From: a virus
Strand: one strand, 5' to 3'
Virus genome (UHGV): UHGV-0172637
Length of the DNA: 43,019 nucleotides
The position numbers were made by a program, and so were the translations under genes. The stretch's first letter is position 1; each line of letters starts with the position of its first letter. Positions 7,987 through 17,090 of the stretch are shown here, one piece after another. The notes under the pieces are model-generated. The model ran no database searches. It saw only the letters and a program-made list of their open reading frames with translations, and was not told where the DNA came from.

Positions 7987-8833
7987 ATTAACCGGCTACG
8001 TATGGGATGGTTGCGCGGCGTCGGGCATGAAGTTGTCTAGTGTCGCGATCATGGCTCGCCTCGCTGATTTCAGCAGCGATGAGGGAGTGTGCTGGCCGTC
8101 CATTGAAACTATTGCTCGCCAGCTTGGCGCAGGGCCGAGCACTATCAGAACGGCAATCGCAAAGCTTGAAAAAGATGGCTGGCTCACGCGTACACAGCGC
8201 CGTAATGGTAACCGTAATGCGTCGAACGTGTACCGCCTGAATGTGGCGAAACTTCAGGCTGCCGCATTTTCTCAACTGTCAGATTCTGACACGTCAAAAT
8301 CTGACGCATCAAATTTTGACGCCTCAAAAACTGACCCGTCGAAATCTGGCAAAAACGGCGGTTTTGACCCGTCAGAATCTGGCGGGGATCCGTCAGTAAA
8401 ATCAAAACAAGATCCACAAGTAACTTCAAAACCCTCTTGTCCGGTTGCGGCGCAACCAGACCCTGAAGTCGTGATTACTGATCAGGCAATTTTGGTTCTG
8501 ACCCATTTGAACCAGATCAGCGGATCCCGGTATCAGAAATCAAAAACATCCCTGGAGAACATCCGTGCCCGACTGCGTGAGGGATACAGCGTTGCAGACC
8601 TGCAACTTGTTATCGACCTGAAGCATGAGCACTGGCACGAGAACGACGAGCAGTACCAGTACATGCGCCCGGAAACGCTGTTCGGCCCGAAGAAATTCGA
8701 GAGCTATCTGCAAAGCGCTACCCGCTGGGAGCAGAAGGGACGGCCTAAACGTGCTGACTGGGGAGCGAAAAAGCGCGATGTGATGGCTTTTGGTCCGGTT
8801 GAAACAACGATTCCAGAGGGGTTCAGAGGATGA
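7976..8833 (+). CDS. Replication initiation protein (lambda O-like) with internal origin iterons
   Basis: N-terminal winged-helix region, low-complexity middle encoded by the iterons, conserved phage C-terminal domain. Confidence 0.75.
   Translation: MSTKLTGYVWDGCAASGMKLSSVAIMARLADFSSDEGVCWPSIETIARQLGAGPSTIRTAIAKLEKDGWLTRTQRRNGNRNASNVYRLNVAKLQAAAFSQLSDSDTSKSDASNFDASKTDPSKSGKNGGFDPSESGGDPSVKSKQDPQVTSKPSCPVAAQPDPEVVITDQAILVLTHLNQISGSRYQKSKTSLENIRARLREGYSVADLQLVIDLKHEHWHENDEQYQYMRPETLFGPKKFESYLQSATRWEQKGRPKRADWGAKKRDVMAFGPVETTIPEGFRG
8285..8402 (+). repeat. Origin iterons: about six direct repeats of ~15-18 bp (consensus TGACNCNTCAAAAWC) followed by an AT-rich stretch
   Basis: tctgacacgtcaaaatc / tgacgcatcaaatttt / tgacgcctcaaaaac / tgacccgtcgaaatc / ttgacccgtcagaatc / ccgtcagtaaaatc read directly in sequence. 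Confidence 0.75.
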
Positions 8834-9711
8834 CGTTAAACAAATATTGCCAGGCGCTGGTGGCACTACGTAGCCAACCAGCCCACGAATTGAAAGAAGT
8901 TGGCGATCAGTGGCGGACACCGGATCTGCTTTTTTGGGGTATCAACGCGCTATTTGGTCCATTAGTTCTGGACTTGTTTGCTGACGACGACAACGCGAAG
9001 TGCCCGGCATGGTACACCGCCGAAGATAACGCGCTGACACAGAACTGGTCTGAACGTCTGGATGAACTGGGCGGCGCGGCTTTTGCCAATCCTCCATATA
9101 GCCGCTCCCAGTATCACGACAAGCAGGCGATCACGGGTATGACACACATCATGAATCACACCATGGACATGCGTGAAAGAGGTGGTCGCTATATTTACCT
9201 GGTGAAGTCTGCCACAAGTGAAACATGGTGGCCGGAAGATGCCGATCACATCATGTTTATTCGTGGTCGTATTGGGTTCGATCTGCCTGTGTGGTTTGTA
9301 CCTGCTGACGAAAAACAGAAACCCACCAGCGCGTTTTTTGCCGGTGCCATAGCTGTATTCGATAAGTCGTGGCGGGGTGAGCGGTTCAGCTATATCAACC
9401 GCACAGAACTGGAGGAAAAAGGGCGGGCATTTATGGCTTTGGCTCAATTCGCCGTTGGTAAAGAGCAAACAATTGCAATGCAGGCAGCCAGGGAACCAGC
9501 AGCAACACCGGAAACTGAGTCACGAATCTGGCCTCTCGAGGTTGGTCTGGTGTTTAACCAGGTGGAAGGCGTTGATGTATTGAGCGAGGCCCAGCAGAAC
9601 AAACTGAAAGCCAACATCAATCAACTCTGGCTGGAACGAACGGCCACCAGCGAAATTATCACAATTGCGCGTGGTCTTGTTGGCAGCATGCAGGGGGTAA
9701 CCCATGCGTGA
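8830..9711 (+). CDS. Phage DNA N6-adenine methyltransferase (Dam-like) with C-terminal extension
   Basis: NPPY catalytic motif (FANPPYSRS); position in replication/nin region typical of phage orphan MTases. Confidence 0.75.
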   Translation: MTLNKYCQALVALRSQPAHELKEVGDQWRTPDLLFWGINALFGPLVLDLFADDDNAKCPAWYTAEDNALTQNWSERLDELGGAAFANPPYSRSQYHDKQAITGMTHIMNHTMDMRERGGRYIYLVKSATSETWWPEDADHIMFIRGRIGFDLPVWFVPADEKQKPTSAFFAGAIAVFDKSWRGERFSYINRTELEEKGRAFMALAQFAVGKEQTIAMQAAREPAATPETESRIWPLEVGLVFNQVEGVDVLSEAQQNKLKANINQLWLERTATSEIITIARGLVGSMQGVTHA

Positions 9712-11638
9712 GATTATCGTTGATAACTTTGCTGGTGGCGGTGGTGCATCAACGGGTATTGAACTGGCGATCGGACGCAGCGTGGATATTGCGATCAACC
9801 ACGACGAAAACGCCATTGCGATGCACAAGACGAACCACCCTGACACACTGCATTACTGTGAATCCGTATTTGACGTGGATCCGGTAGCCGCCACCGGCGG
9901 CAATCCTGTTGGCCTGGCATGGTTTAGCCCAGACTGCCGACACTTCTCAAAGGCCAAAGGCGCAAAGCCTGTGAAAAAAGAGATACGCGGTCTGGCCTGG
10001 ATCGTTCTGCGTTGGGCACTGGCGAAGCGACCGCGCGTGATGATGCTGGAGAACGTGGAAGAGTTTAAAACGTGGGGACCGCTGCTGGCCGATGAAATGC
10101 GTCCAGACCCTGCCCGCACTGGCGAAACATTCAATGCTTTTGTCGGCATGCTTTCCACTGGCATTCCTGCCGATCACCCGGCACTGGCGGAGGTCTGCGA
10201 ATTTCTTGCTATTGATCCTGGCAGCACGCAGGCCAAACAGCTGGTGGAAGGGCTTGGATATGATGTTGATTATCGCGAACTGCGCGCGTGTGATTACGGC
10301 GCGCCGACGATCCGCAAACGCTTCTTCATGGTTATGCGCTGCGATGGTTGCCCTATTCAGTGGCCTGTTGTAACCCATGGGGATCCCAAGTCACTGGAGG
10401 TGCAGAGCGGCAGGCTGATGCCATGGCGTACCGCTGCGGAATGTATCGACTGGAATGTTCCGGCTCTGTCCATCTTCGACCGCAAAAAACCGCTGGCGGA
10501 GAACACTCTGAAGCGGATCGCACGCGGCATACAGCGCTTTGTTATCGAAAGTGCGTCGCCGTTTATCGTGAAGTGCAACCACACGAGCTCAAAAAATGCG
10601 TATGACGCTTTTCGCGGACAGTCACTGAATGAGCCATTACAGACCATTACTAAAAAACTCGGCTACGCGTTAGCCGTTCCACACCTTACAAAATTCCGCA
10701 CTGGCGCAACCGGGCAGCCCGTTACCGAACCTGTTCCGACAGTAACCGCTGGCACGTCAAAACGCCCGGGCGGGAACGGGCATGCTCTCGGGATTGTTGA
10801 GGCTGCATTGACACCATTCCTGGCGGGTAATGGTGGTAGTGAATACCAGGCTAAACCGCGCCCGCTGAATAAACCTGCTCATACCATTCTGAAGCAATCC
10901 CGAGCCTGTCTTGTTGCGCCAGTGATAGCCCGCCAGTTTGGGGCCAGCGTCGGCCACCGTGCAGACGAACCGAGCGCAACCATCACCGCTGGTGGTGGAG
11001 GTAAATCTCAACTGGTAACGCCTACGCTGATTCAGATGGGTTATGGCGAACGACCTGGACAAGAACCGCGTGTGCTGCGACTGGATAACCCGCTGGGGAC
11101 CGTTACTGCAGGCGGAAATAAATTTGCGACGGTGAGCGCGTTCCTGGCGAAACACTACGGCGGTAACTATACGGGGCCGGGTGTCAGTATGGATGAACCC
11201 GCGCATTCAGTGACCACTGTCGACCATCATGCGGTAGTTGCCTCTCATCTGGTGAAACTGCGTGGAACATGCCGCGATGGGCAACGCCTTGATGTGCCAA
11301 TGCCAACAATCACTGCTGGTGGCCAACACGTGGGTGAGGTACGCACATTTCTCGAGACGTATTGCGGGGAAAGTGACGATGAATGGCTGGTAACGATCGA
11401 TGGGGTTAAATACCAGATCGTTGATATCGGAATGCGCATGTTGCAGCCGCATGAACTCTACAAAGCGCAGGGCTTCCCGGATGGTTACGTTATTGATCAG
11501 GACTACCGTGGAAATCGCTATGCAAAAGATAAGCAGGTAGCCCGCTGCGGTAATGCGGTACCACCACCATTCGCCAGGGCGCTGGTTGAGGCAAATCTTC
11601 CGGAACTGTGTGCAGTGCAACAGCAGGAGGTGGCATGA
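9704..11638 (+). CDS. DNA cytosine-5 methyltransferase, large form with repeated target-recognition-like segments
   Basis: Motif I FAGGGGAS, Cys motif SPDCRHFS, ENV motif MLENVEEF, RKRFFMV, C-terminal RCGNAV; five repeats of a P-x-P-T-[VI]-T-A-G-G-like segment in the variable region. Confidence 0.75.
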   Translation: MREIIVDNFAGGGGASTGIELAIGRSVDIAINHDENAIAMHKTNHPDTLHYCESVFDVDPVAATGGNPVGLAWFSPDCRHFSKAKGAKPVKKEIRGLAWIVLRWALAKRPRVMMLENVEEFKTWGPLLADEMRPDPARTGETFNAFVGMLSTGIPADHPALAEVCEFLAIDPGSTQAKQLVEGLGYDVDYRELRACDYGAPTIRKRFFMVMRCDGCPIQWPVVTHGDPKSLEVQSGRLMPWRTAAECIDWNVPALSIFDRKKPLAENTLKRIARGIQRFVIESASPFIVKCNHTSSKNAYDAFRGQSLNEPLQTITKKLGYALAVPHLTKFRTGATGQPVTEPVPTVTAGTSKRPGGNGHALGIVEAALTPFLAGNGGSEYQAKPRPLNKPAHTILKQSRACLVAPVIARQFGASVGHRADEPSATITAGGGGKSQLVTPTLIQMGYGERPGQEPRVLRLDNPLGTVTAGGNKFATVSAFLAKHYGGNYTGPGVSMDEPAHSVTTVDHHAVVASHLVKLRGTCRDGQRLDVPMPTITAGGQHVGEVRTFLETYCGESDDEWLVTIDGVKYQIVDIGMRMLQPHELYKAQGFPDGYVIDQDYRGNRYAKDKQVARCGNAVPPPFARALVEANLPELCAVQQQEVA

Positions 11639-12021
11639 AACTTGTGCTCCCGTTCCCTCCGAGCGTGAACACTTACTGGCGCGCCCCTAACAAGGGGCCG
11701 CTGGCCGGTCGTCACCTCATTAGCGCTGATGGTCGTAAATACCAGAGCGCTGCCTGCGTGGCGATCATTGAGCAATTACGACGTCTCCCGAAGCCATCGA
11801 CTGAACTGGCAGCGGTAGAAATCACTCTGTACCCGCCGGATGCGCGCCGTCGGGATATCGATAATTACAACAAAGCCCTGTTTGACGCGCTGACGCATGC
11901 GGGTGTCTGGGAAGACGACAGCCAGATTAAGCGCATGCTGGTGGAATGGGGACCCGTTGTGCCGAAAGGGCGGGTAGAGATAACGATCAGCAGATATGAA
12001 CCGGCGGGTGCAGCCGCCTGA
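11635..12021 (+). CDS. rusA: Holliday junction resolvase RusA
   Basis: 128 aa from ATG 11635 (AGGAGG RBS); MKLVLPFPPSVNTYWR N-terminus and DxD-containing core typical of RusA. Confidence 0.8.
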   Translation: MKLVLPFPPSVNTYWRAPNKGPLAGRHLISADGRKYQSAACVAIIEQLRRLPKPSTELAAVEITLYPPDARRRDIDNYNKALFDALTHAGVWEDDSQIKRMLVEWGPVVPKGRVEITISRYEPAGAAA

Positions 12022-12034
12022 TATGGAGAAAAGT

Positions 12035-12721
12035 ATGAGCCAGTTAATCGTGAATGGTGTAGTAACAATGTCCAGCCGTGATATTGCGGATCTGGTTCAG
12101 AGTAAACACAGTGACGTGAAACGCTCGGCTGAGCGTCTTGTTGCTGCGGGAATTTTAACCGCGCCGTTGGCGCAGTTCGATTTTGAGCATAACGGTAATG
12201 TGTACCAGGAGTATCGTTTTAACAAACGCGACTCTCTGGTGATTGTTGCCAGATTGTCACCTGAATTTACCGCCGCGGTCGTCGATCGCTGGCAGGAACT
12301 GGAAGAAGGGCTGAGTGTCAGTGTTCCACGCTCATTGCCGGAAGCGCTTCGTCTGGCTGCTGATTTAGCCGAGCAGAAAGAGCAACTGACCATCCAGCTG
12401 GAAGCTGCGGCGCCAAAAGTGGAGTTTGTTGATCGTTATTGCTCTGCAAAAGGCTCCATGTCATTCCGGCAGGTAGCCAAATTGCTTAACGCCAAAGAAA
12501 CCGAGTTCCGCCTGTTCCTCATTGAACGCAATATCCTGTATCGCCTCGGCGGCACACTTACCCCCATGGCGCAGCATATTTCCGCGGGAAGATTTGAAGT
12601 TAAGACGGGAACATCGAGTACATCTAACCACGCATTCAGCCAGACGCGTTTCACTGCCAAGGGAGTACGCTGGATTGGTGGTTTGTGGGCTGAATATATT
12701 GCAGGGGGACAGGCGGCGTGA
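12035..12721 (+). CDS. Phage antirepressor / regulatory protein (Rha N-terminal domain + KilA-C-like domain)
   Basis: N-terminal QLIVNGVVTMSSRDIADLV... Rha-type signature; GGAG RBS before ATG 12035. Confidence 0.6.
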   Translation: MSQLIVNGVVTMSSRDIADLVQSKHSDVKRSAERLVAAGILTAPLAQFDFEHNGNVYQEYRFNKRDSLVIVARLSPEFTAAVVDRWQELEEGLSVSVPRSLPEALRLAADLAEQKEQLTIQLEAAAPKVEFVDRYCSAKGSMSFRQVAKLLNAKETEFRLFLIERNILYRLGGTLTPMAQHISAGRFEVKTGTSSTSNHAFSQTRFTAKGVRWIGGLWAEYIAGGQAA

Positions 12722-13713
12722 GGGCTTTGTTAACTCCTGAAGTAGCCCATCGTATGGGGATTGTGTTGCTTCGGCCCGGTGCGGAACTGATGCACCTCTT
12801 CATGCGTGGTCGCGTTCTTCTCGAACCTGAACCAGAAGAAATGGCGTCATTCAGTACAGGGGCTGTTCCCGCCGCCATTCAGCCGCTGGCTGATGATCCG
12901 GTAATGCGGCAGGTCTTCGGGAATGAGCGGGTTATTCAGCGTGCCGGCGGGCTTCCTTCCCTTGAGCAGTGGCTGAGTTTACGGTTTGAATGCCAGTGGC
13001 CACATTCATCGTGGCACGATAAGAACTTCACAACAATGCGGCACCAACCAGGAAGCATTCGACTGTGCTGGCATTGCGATCACACTTTGTCCGGGCAGCA
13101 TACAGAACAGCTTGCAGGTATAGCGGCAGGAAACCTGGTATCCTGGATTCTGGAAGTTATTCGTCGCGATTCTGGTTTTCCCGAGTCGCATGTTCTGACG
13201 TTGCCGGAATTGTGCTGGTGGCTGGTCAGGAACGACCTGGCTGATGTTATACCGGAAAGCGTTGCGCACAAGGGGTTACGCCTTCCGGATGAGAAGATCC
13301 GCTCTGTTATGAGGGAAAGCGACATTGTGCCTTCCGTGTCAGCAGCCAGCCTCGTGCAGGAGAAGGCGAAGAAGATCCTCACGCTCTCTGTTGATCCGGA
13401 ATCGCCAGAGTCTTTCATGCTCAGGCCCAAACGTCGCCGCTGGGTAAATGAGACGTACACCCGCTGGGTTAAAACACAACCCTGTGAGTGTTGCCGACGG
13501 CCAGCAGATGATCCGCACCATATCGTAGGGCACGGTATGGGTGGTACAGCAACAAAAGCCCATGACCTCTTCGTGATCCCTCTGTGCAGAGAGTGCCACG
13601 ACGAGTTACACGCCGATGTACCGGCATTCGAACAGAAGCATGGTACGCAGCTTGAGCTGCTACTGCGTTTTATGGATCGGGCGCTGGCGATTGGTGTAAT
13701 TGCGAAAGCTTAA
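12718..13713 (+). CDS. Phage protein with C-terminal HNH-like zinc-binding motif (DUF968-like)
   Basis: C-terminal CECCRRPADDPHHIVGHGMGG...IPLCRECHDELH. Confidence 0.45.
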   Translation: MRALLTPEVAHRMGIVLLRPGAELMHLFMRGRVLLEPEPEEMASFSTGAVPAAIQPLADDPVMRQVFGNERVIQRAGGLPSLEQWLSLRFECQWPHSSWHDKNFTTMRHQPGSIRLCWHCDHTLSGQHTEQLAGIAAGNLVSWILEVIRRDSGFPESHVLTLPELCWWLVRNDLADVIPESVAHKGLRLPDEKIRSVMRESDIVPSVSAASLVQEKAKKILTLSVDPESPESFMLRPKRRRWVNETYTRWVKTQPCECCRRPADDPHHIVGHGMGGTATKAHDLFVIPLCRECHDELHADVPAFEQKHGTQLELLLRFMDRALAIGVIAKA

Positions 13714-13730
13714 GTGTATGGAGAAAAATC

Positions 13731-14147
13731 GTGCGTGATATGCAGAAAGTTTTAGATTTATGGGGGGCGTGGGCCGCGAGCGATTCATGCCATGTTGATT
13801 ACTCTCCGATTGCTGCGGGCTTCAAAGGGTTACTGCCGCAAACAAGTAAAACTCGGATTCAATGCACTGATGATGATGGGCTGGTAATAGAGGGGTGTAT
13901 GTCGCGCCTTAGCAGAAAGAGGCCATACGATTATCAACTATTGGTCGTGCACTATATCTACCGGGTGTCCAAGCGCCAAATGGCAAAGCACCGAAAGAAA
14001 AGTGAAAAGCAGATCCGAATCGAAATGCAACTGGCGGAAGGGTTTATTGAAGGGTGTCTGTCTATGCTGGATATCCCCCTTGAGATGGATCTGGTTGTAT
14101 ATGTGGAAAATCATCAAAAAAGCACTAGTGCGGTCCGCACTTTTTGA
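13731..14147 (+). CDS. Late-gene antiterminator Q
   Basis: 138 aa; N-terminal VLDLWGAWAA... and Cys cluster resemble lambdoid Q-family antiterminators; located just upstream of late region. Confidence 0.7.
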   Translation: MRDMQKVLDLWGAWAASDSCHVDYSPIAAGFKGLLPQTSKTRIQCTDDDGLVIEGCMSRLSRKRPYDYQLLVVHYIYRVSKRQMAKHRKKSEKQIRIEMQLAEGFIEGCLSMLDIPLEMDLVVYVENHQKSTSAVRTF

Positions 14148-14254
14148 TATAAGGTGTTAAGAGTGGTCACTAAGACACGGACTTAAAACGCTTTCTAACC
14201 TCGCTGCGGCGGGGTTTTCTGTTATGATAGCTTTCTTTCTATAGGTGAGTTGTC

Positions 14255-14917
14255 ATGGATATAATTCATTTACTGGAAGTGCTTAATCCTCTCGAAAACG
14301 TTGTAACTGTCAAAATCGACAACGACAAAAACTTGTTTACGATGTTTGGCGATTTATTAATTACATTAGCCCCTGCAGTGATAGCGGGTATTGCGATGGT
14401 GGTTTCTTATAAGCAATTCAAAACGAGCTTACACAGGCAAAGTGAGCAATTTGAACTGGGAATAAAGCAACAAATTAATACATTAAAAATTAATACACAA
14501 CTTGCTACTGAAGTTGAATTGATGAAAGAGGATTGCAAGGCATTAAGAGAAACTTATGTTAGCTATTTAGATGTCACTTCATTACTTTATAGAAGCCAAT
14601 GCGATTTTAAAAATTATAGTGGTCAATTTGATGATAATGCAATTAAGAGTCGCAATATAGCACATGAAAATATAATGACCTACAGTAGTAAGTTTTTGCA
14701 AACTAGAATTTTATTATTCTCTTATCTTAATCTTGAAATTCCCGAAGAGAAAAAACTACAAGAATGTATTATTGCTATTGGTGACTGTGCATTTAATGGA
14801 GACGGAACTGGGAAAGATATTGGAAAGTTACAAGGTGATGGTGCGACTCTCTGCTTTGAGTTAATAAAGAGGAAACGCCAGGCAATCTTCAGTTTGGTAG
14901 AAACCATTACCGAATAA
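14255..14917 (+). CDS. Hypothetical single-pass membrane protein, AT-rich accessory gene
   Basis: 220 aa; TM helix LLITLAPAVIAGIAMVVSY; visibly AT-rich; RBS TAGGTGAG; sits between Q and the lysis genes. Confidence 0.6.
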   Translation: MDIIHLLEVLNPLENVVTVKIDNDKNLFTMFGDLLITLAPAVIAGIAMVVSYKQFKTSLHRQSEQFELGIKQQINTLKINTQLATEVELMKEDCKALRETYVSYLDVTSLLYRSQCDFKNYSGQFDDNAIKSRNIAHENIMTYSSKFLQTRILLFSYLNLEIPEEKKLQECIIAIGDCAFNGDGTGKDIGKLQGDGATLCFELIKRKRQAIFSLVETITE

Positions 14918-15093
14918 ATACTGAAATTTCTTGCCTCTGTTGATAGAGGTATCCCGCTGTGAAAATGGGCGGCTGGTGGGTGTTAGCGCACCCGGCCAGC
15001 CATCAGCTCATGCTTTCAGGTCACAAGCTAACCAAGGCCCACTGCTTTAGCGCAAAAGCAACGTGAGCCTATCAGAGTTACGCTTACTAATCT

Positions 15094-16146
15094 ATGAAAA
15101 ATACTGTAAAAATAAACAGTGTTGAGTTAATCAACGCTGACAGCCTGCATTACGTCGCCACCCTCCCGGATAACTCTATTGATCTGATAGTTACGGATCC
15201 GCCTTACTTCAAAGTGAAGCCCAACGGCTGGGACAACCAATGGAAGGGGGACGAGGACTACTTACGCTGGCTTGATAGCTGTCTGGCTGAGTATGCTCGC
15301 GTTCTTAAACCTGCTGACAGCATTTACCTGTTTTGTGGTCACCGACTGGCCTCAAATATAGAGATTATGATGCGTGCCCGGTTCAACGTTTTGAATCACA
15401 TCATTTGGGCAAAACCATCGGGTCGCTGGAATGGATGTAACAAAGAAAGCCTGCGTGCGTACTTTCCATCTACGGAACGGATTTTGTTTGCTGAGCTCTA
15501 TCTTGGGCCGTACACAGGTAAAGAGGATGTTTACGAAAGGAAAAGCACAGAGCTAAAGCAGCACATTATGACGCCGCTGATTGATTACTTCCGTAATGCC
15601 CGTGAATCACTGGGTGTCAGCTCGAAAGAAATAGCTGAGGCAACCGGAAAGAAAAACATGGCGTCACACTGGTTCGGTGCAAGCCAATGGCAACTACCAA
15701 ATGAAGTGGACTATAGAAAATTGCAGGAACTGTTCACTCGGATCGCTATCGATAAGCACATTCAGCAGAAGCTTGAACATCCTCACCACCAGCTGATAGC
15801 TACCTATCAGTCATTAAACCGCAAGTATTCAGAATTGCTGGAGGAATACAAAACCCTCCGGCGCTGCTTTTCTGTTTCCGCTCTTGTTCCGTATACCGAC
15901 GTATGGACGCATAAACCTGTTCAGTTTTATCCAGGCAAACATCCATGCGAAAAACCTGCCGACATGCTGAAGCAGATCATTAGCGCCAGCAGCAGGCCGG
16001 GGGATATTGTTGCCGATTTCTTTATGGGCTCTGGTTCAACTGTGAAAGCAGCAATAGAACTTGGCCGTCGGGCGATCGGCGTAGAACTGGAGGAAGACAG
16101 GTTTATACAGACCACCGAAGAGGTGGAAAAACTGAAAAAATCATAA
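15094..16146 (+). CDS. DNA methyltransferase, beta-class (N6-adenine or N4-cytosine)
   Basis: DPPY motif near N-terminus (LIVTDPPYF) and SAM-binding FFMGSGST near C-terminus (beta-class motif order); third MTase in the prophage. Confidence 0.7.
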   Translation: MKNTVKINSVELINADSLHYVATLPDNSIDLIVTDPPYFKVKPNGWDNQWKGDEDYLRWLDSCLAEYARVLKPADSIYLFCGHRLASNIEIMMRARFNVLNHIIWAKPSGRWNGCNKESLRAYFPSTERILFAELYLGPYTGKEDVYERKSTELKQHIMTPLIDYFRNARESLGVSSKEIAEATGKKNMASHWFGASQWQLPNEVDYRKLQELFTRIAIDKHIQQKLEHPHHQLIATYQSLNRKYSELLEEYKTLRRCFSVSALVPYTDVWTHKPVQFYPGKHPCEKPADMLKQIISASSRPGDIVADFFMGSGSTVKAAIELGRRAIGVELEEDRFIQTTEEVEKLKKS

Positions 16147-16291
16147 CGATCACCACGCTTCCCCGTTGCTGTGGTGATCACCATCTTCAGGCACCGGGAA
16201 TCATCCTTAATTTTTACTTGAACATAAGAGCCAGGTTGCCTGATCCCCTTCAATCACACACAGCGCCATCCGAAAAATCGGAGGTGAGGCT

Positions 16292-16570
16292 ATGACCAGA
16301 ATGAGCACCATTTACAGCAGACTTTCATATGGAACAGGAACCACGCTGACCGGCTGCGGTGTATCAGCGAAGGCATATGCCGAAACAGCTAAAACAGCAA
16401 AAGAGGTGTCCTGGATGTTAGCCGACAGAATTGCAGGGTTAAGCCTGAGCGACTGGGCAATTATCGTCGGTATCGCATGCACCGTTATCACCTGTGCAGT
16501 GAACTGGTATTACAGGAAAAAGGAAAGGGAGGATCGGCTTAATGGCAATGTCACCAAAGCTGAAGAATAA
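16292..16570 (+). CDS. Holin with dual-start motif
   Basis: 92 aa; Met1-Thr-Arg-Met4 dual start, hydrophobic segment LSDWAIIVGIACTVITCAVNWYY, charged C-terminus; first gene of lysis cassette. Confidence 0.7.
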   Translation: MTRMSTIYSRLSYGTGTTLTGCGVSAKAYAETAKTAKEVSWMLADRIAGLSLSDWAIIVGIACTVITCAVNWYYRKKEREDRLNGNVTKAEE

Positions 16571-17090
16571 ACTGAGCGCAGCGGTCGTTGGTTTGATTCT
16601 TGCGGGGGCTTCTGCACCTGTGATTCTCGATCAGTTTCTTAATGAGAAAGAGGGTAATAGCCTTACGGCATACCGCGACGGTGGCGGACTCTGGACCATT
16701 TGCCGTGGCGCCACGATGGTTGATGGTAAGCCAGTAGTTCAGGGCATGAAGCTGTCTTCTGAGAAATGCGCCCAGGTAAACGCCATAGAACGCGACAAAG
16801 CGCTGGCGTGGGTTGAGCGAAGTATTAAGGTACCACTGACCGAACCACAGAAAGCCGGGATCGCGTCTTTCTGCCCATATAACATTGGCCCCGGAAAATG
16901 TTTCCCATCTACGTTCTATAAGCGGATCAATGCGGGCGACCGTAAAGGAGCCTGTGAAGCGATCCGCTGGTGGATTAAAGACGGTGGCCGCGATTGTCGC
17001 CTGACCAAAGGCCAGAAAAATGGGTGCTATGGTCAGGTAGAGCGGCGAGATCAGGAAAGCGCGCTGGCGTGCTGGGGGATAGACCAGTGA
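16542..17090 (+). CDS. Endolysin, phage lysozyme with N-terminal signal-arrest-release (SAR) domain
   Basis: N-terminal weakly hydrophobic Gly/Ala-rich segment LSAAVVGLILAGASAPVIL followed by lysozyme-like catalytic region (E...D...T motif: EGNSLTAYRDGGGLWTICRG). Confidence 0.8.
   Translation: MAMSPKLKNKLSAAVVGLILAGASAPVILDQFLNEKEGNSLTAYRDGGGLWTICRGATMVDGKPVVQGMKLSSEKCAQVNAIERDKALAWVERSIKVPLTEPQKAGIASFCPYNIGPGKCFPSTFYKRINAGDRKGACEAIRWWIKDGGRDCRLTKGQKNGCYGQVERRDQESALACWGIDQ

Noticed and set aside
8285-8402. Direct repeats considered as a possible CRISPR array
   Set aside because: Repeats are ~15 bp, degenerate, essentially unspaced and lie inside the replication initiator gene next to an AT-rich stretch; these are origin iterons.
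8962-9468. 168-aa minus-strand ORF inside the Dam-like methyltransferase gene
   Set aside because: Fully antisense to a gene with clear catalytic motifs; no independent support.
16148-16180. Inverted repeat GATCACCAC...GTGGTGATC after the beta-class MTase as a terminator
   Set aside because: The stem is good but it is not followed by a T-run, so it is not a canonical intrinsic terminator; function unknown.
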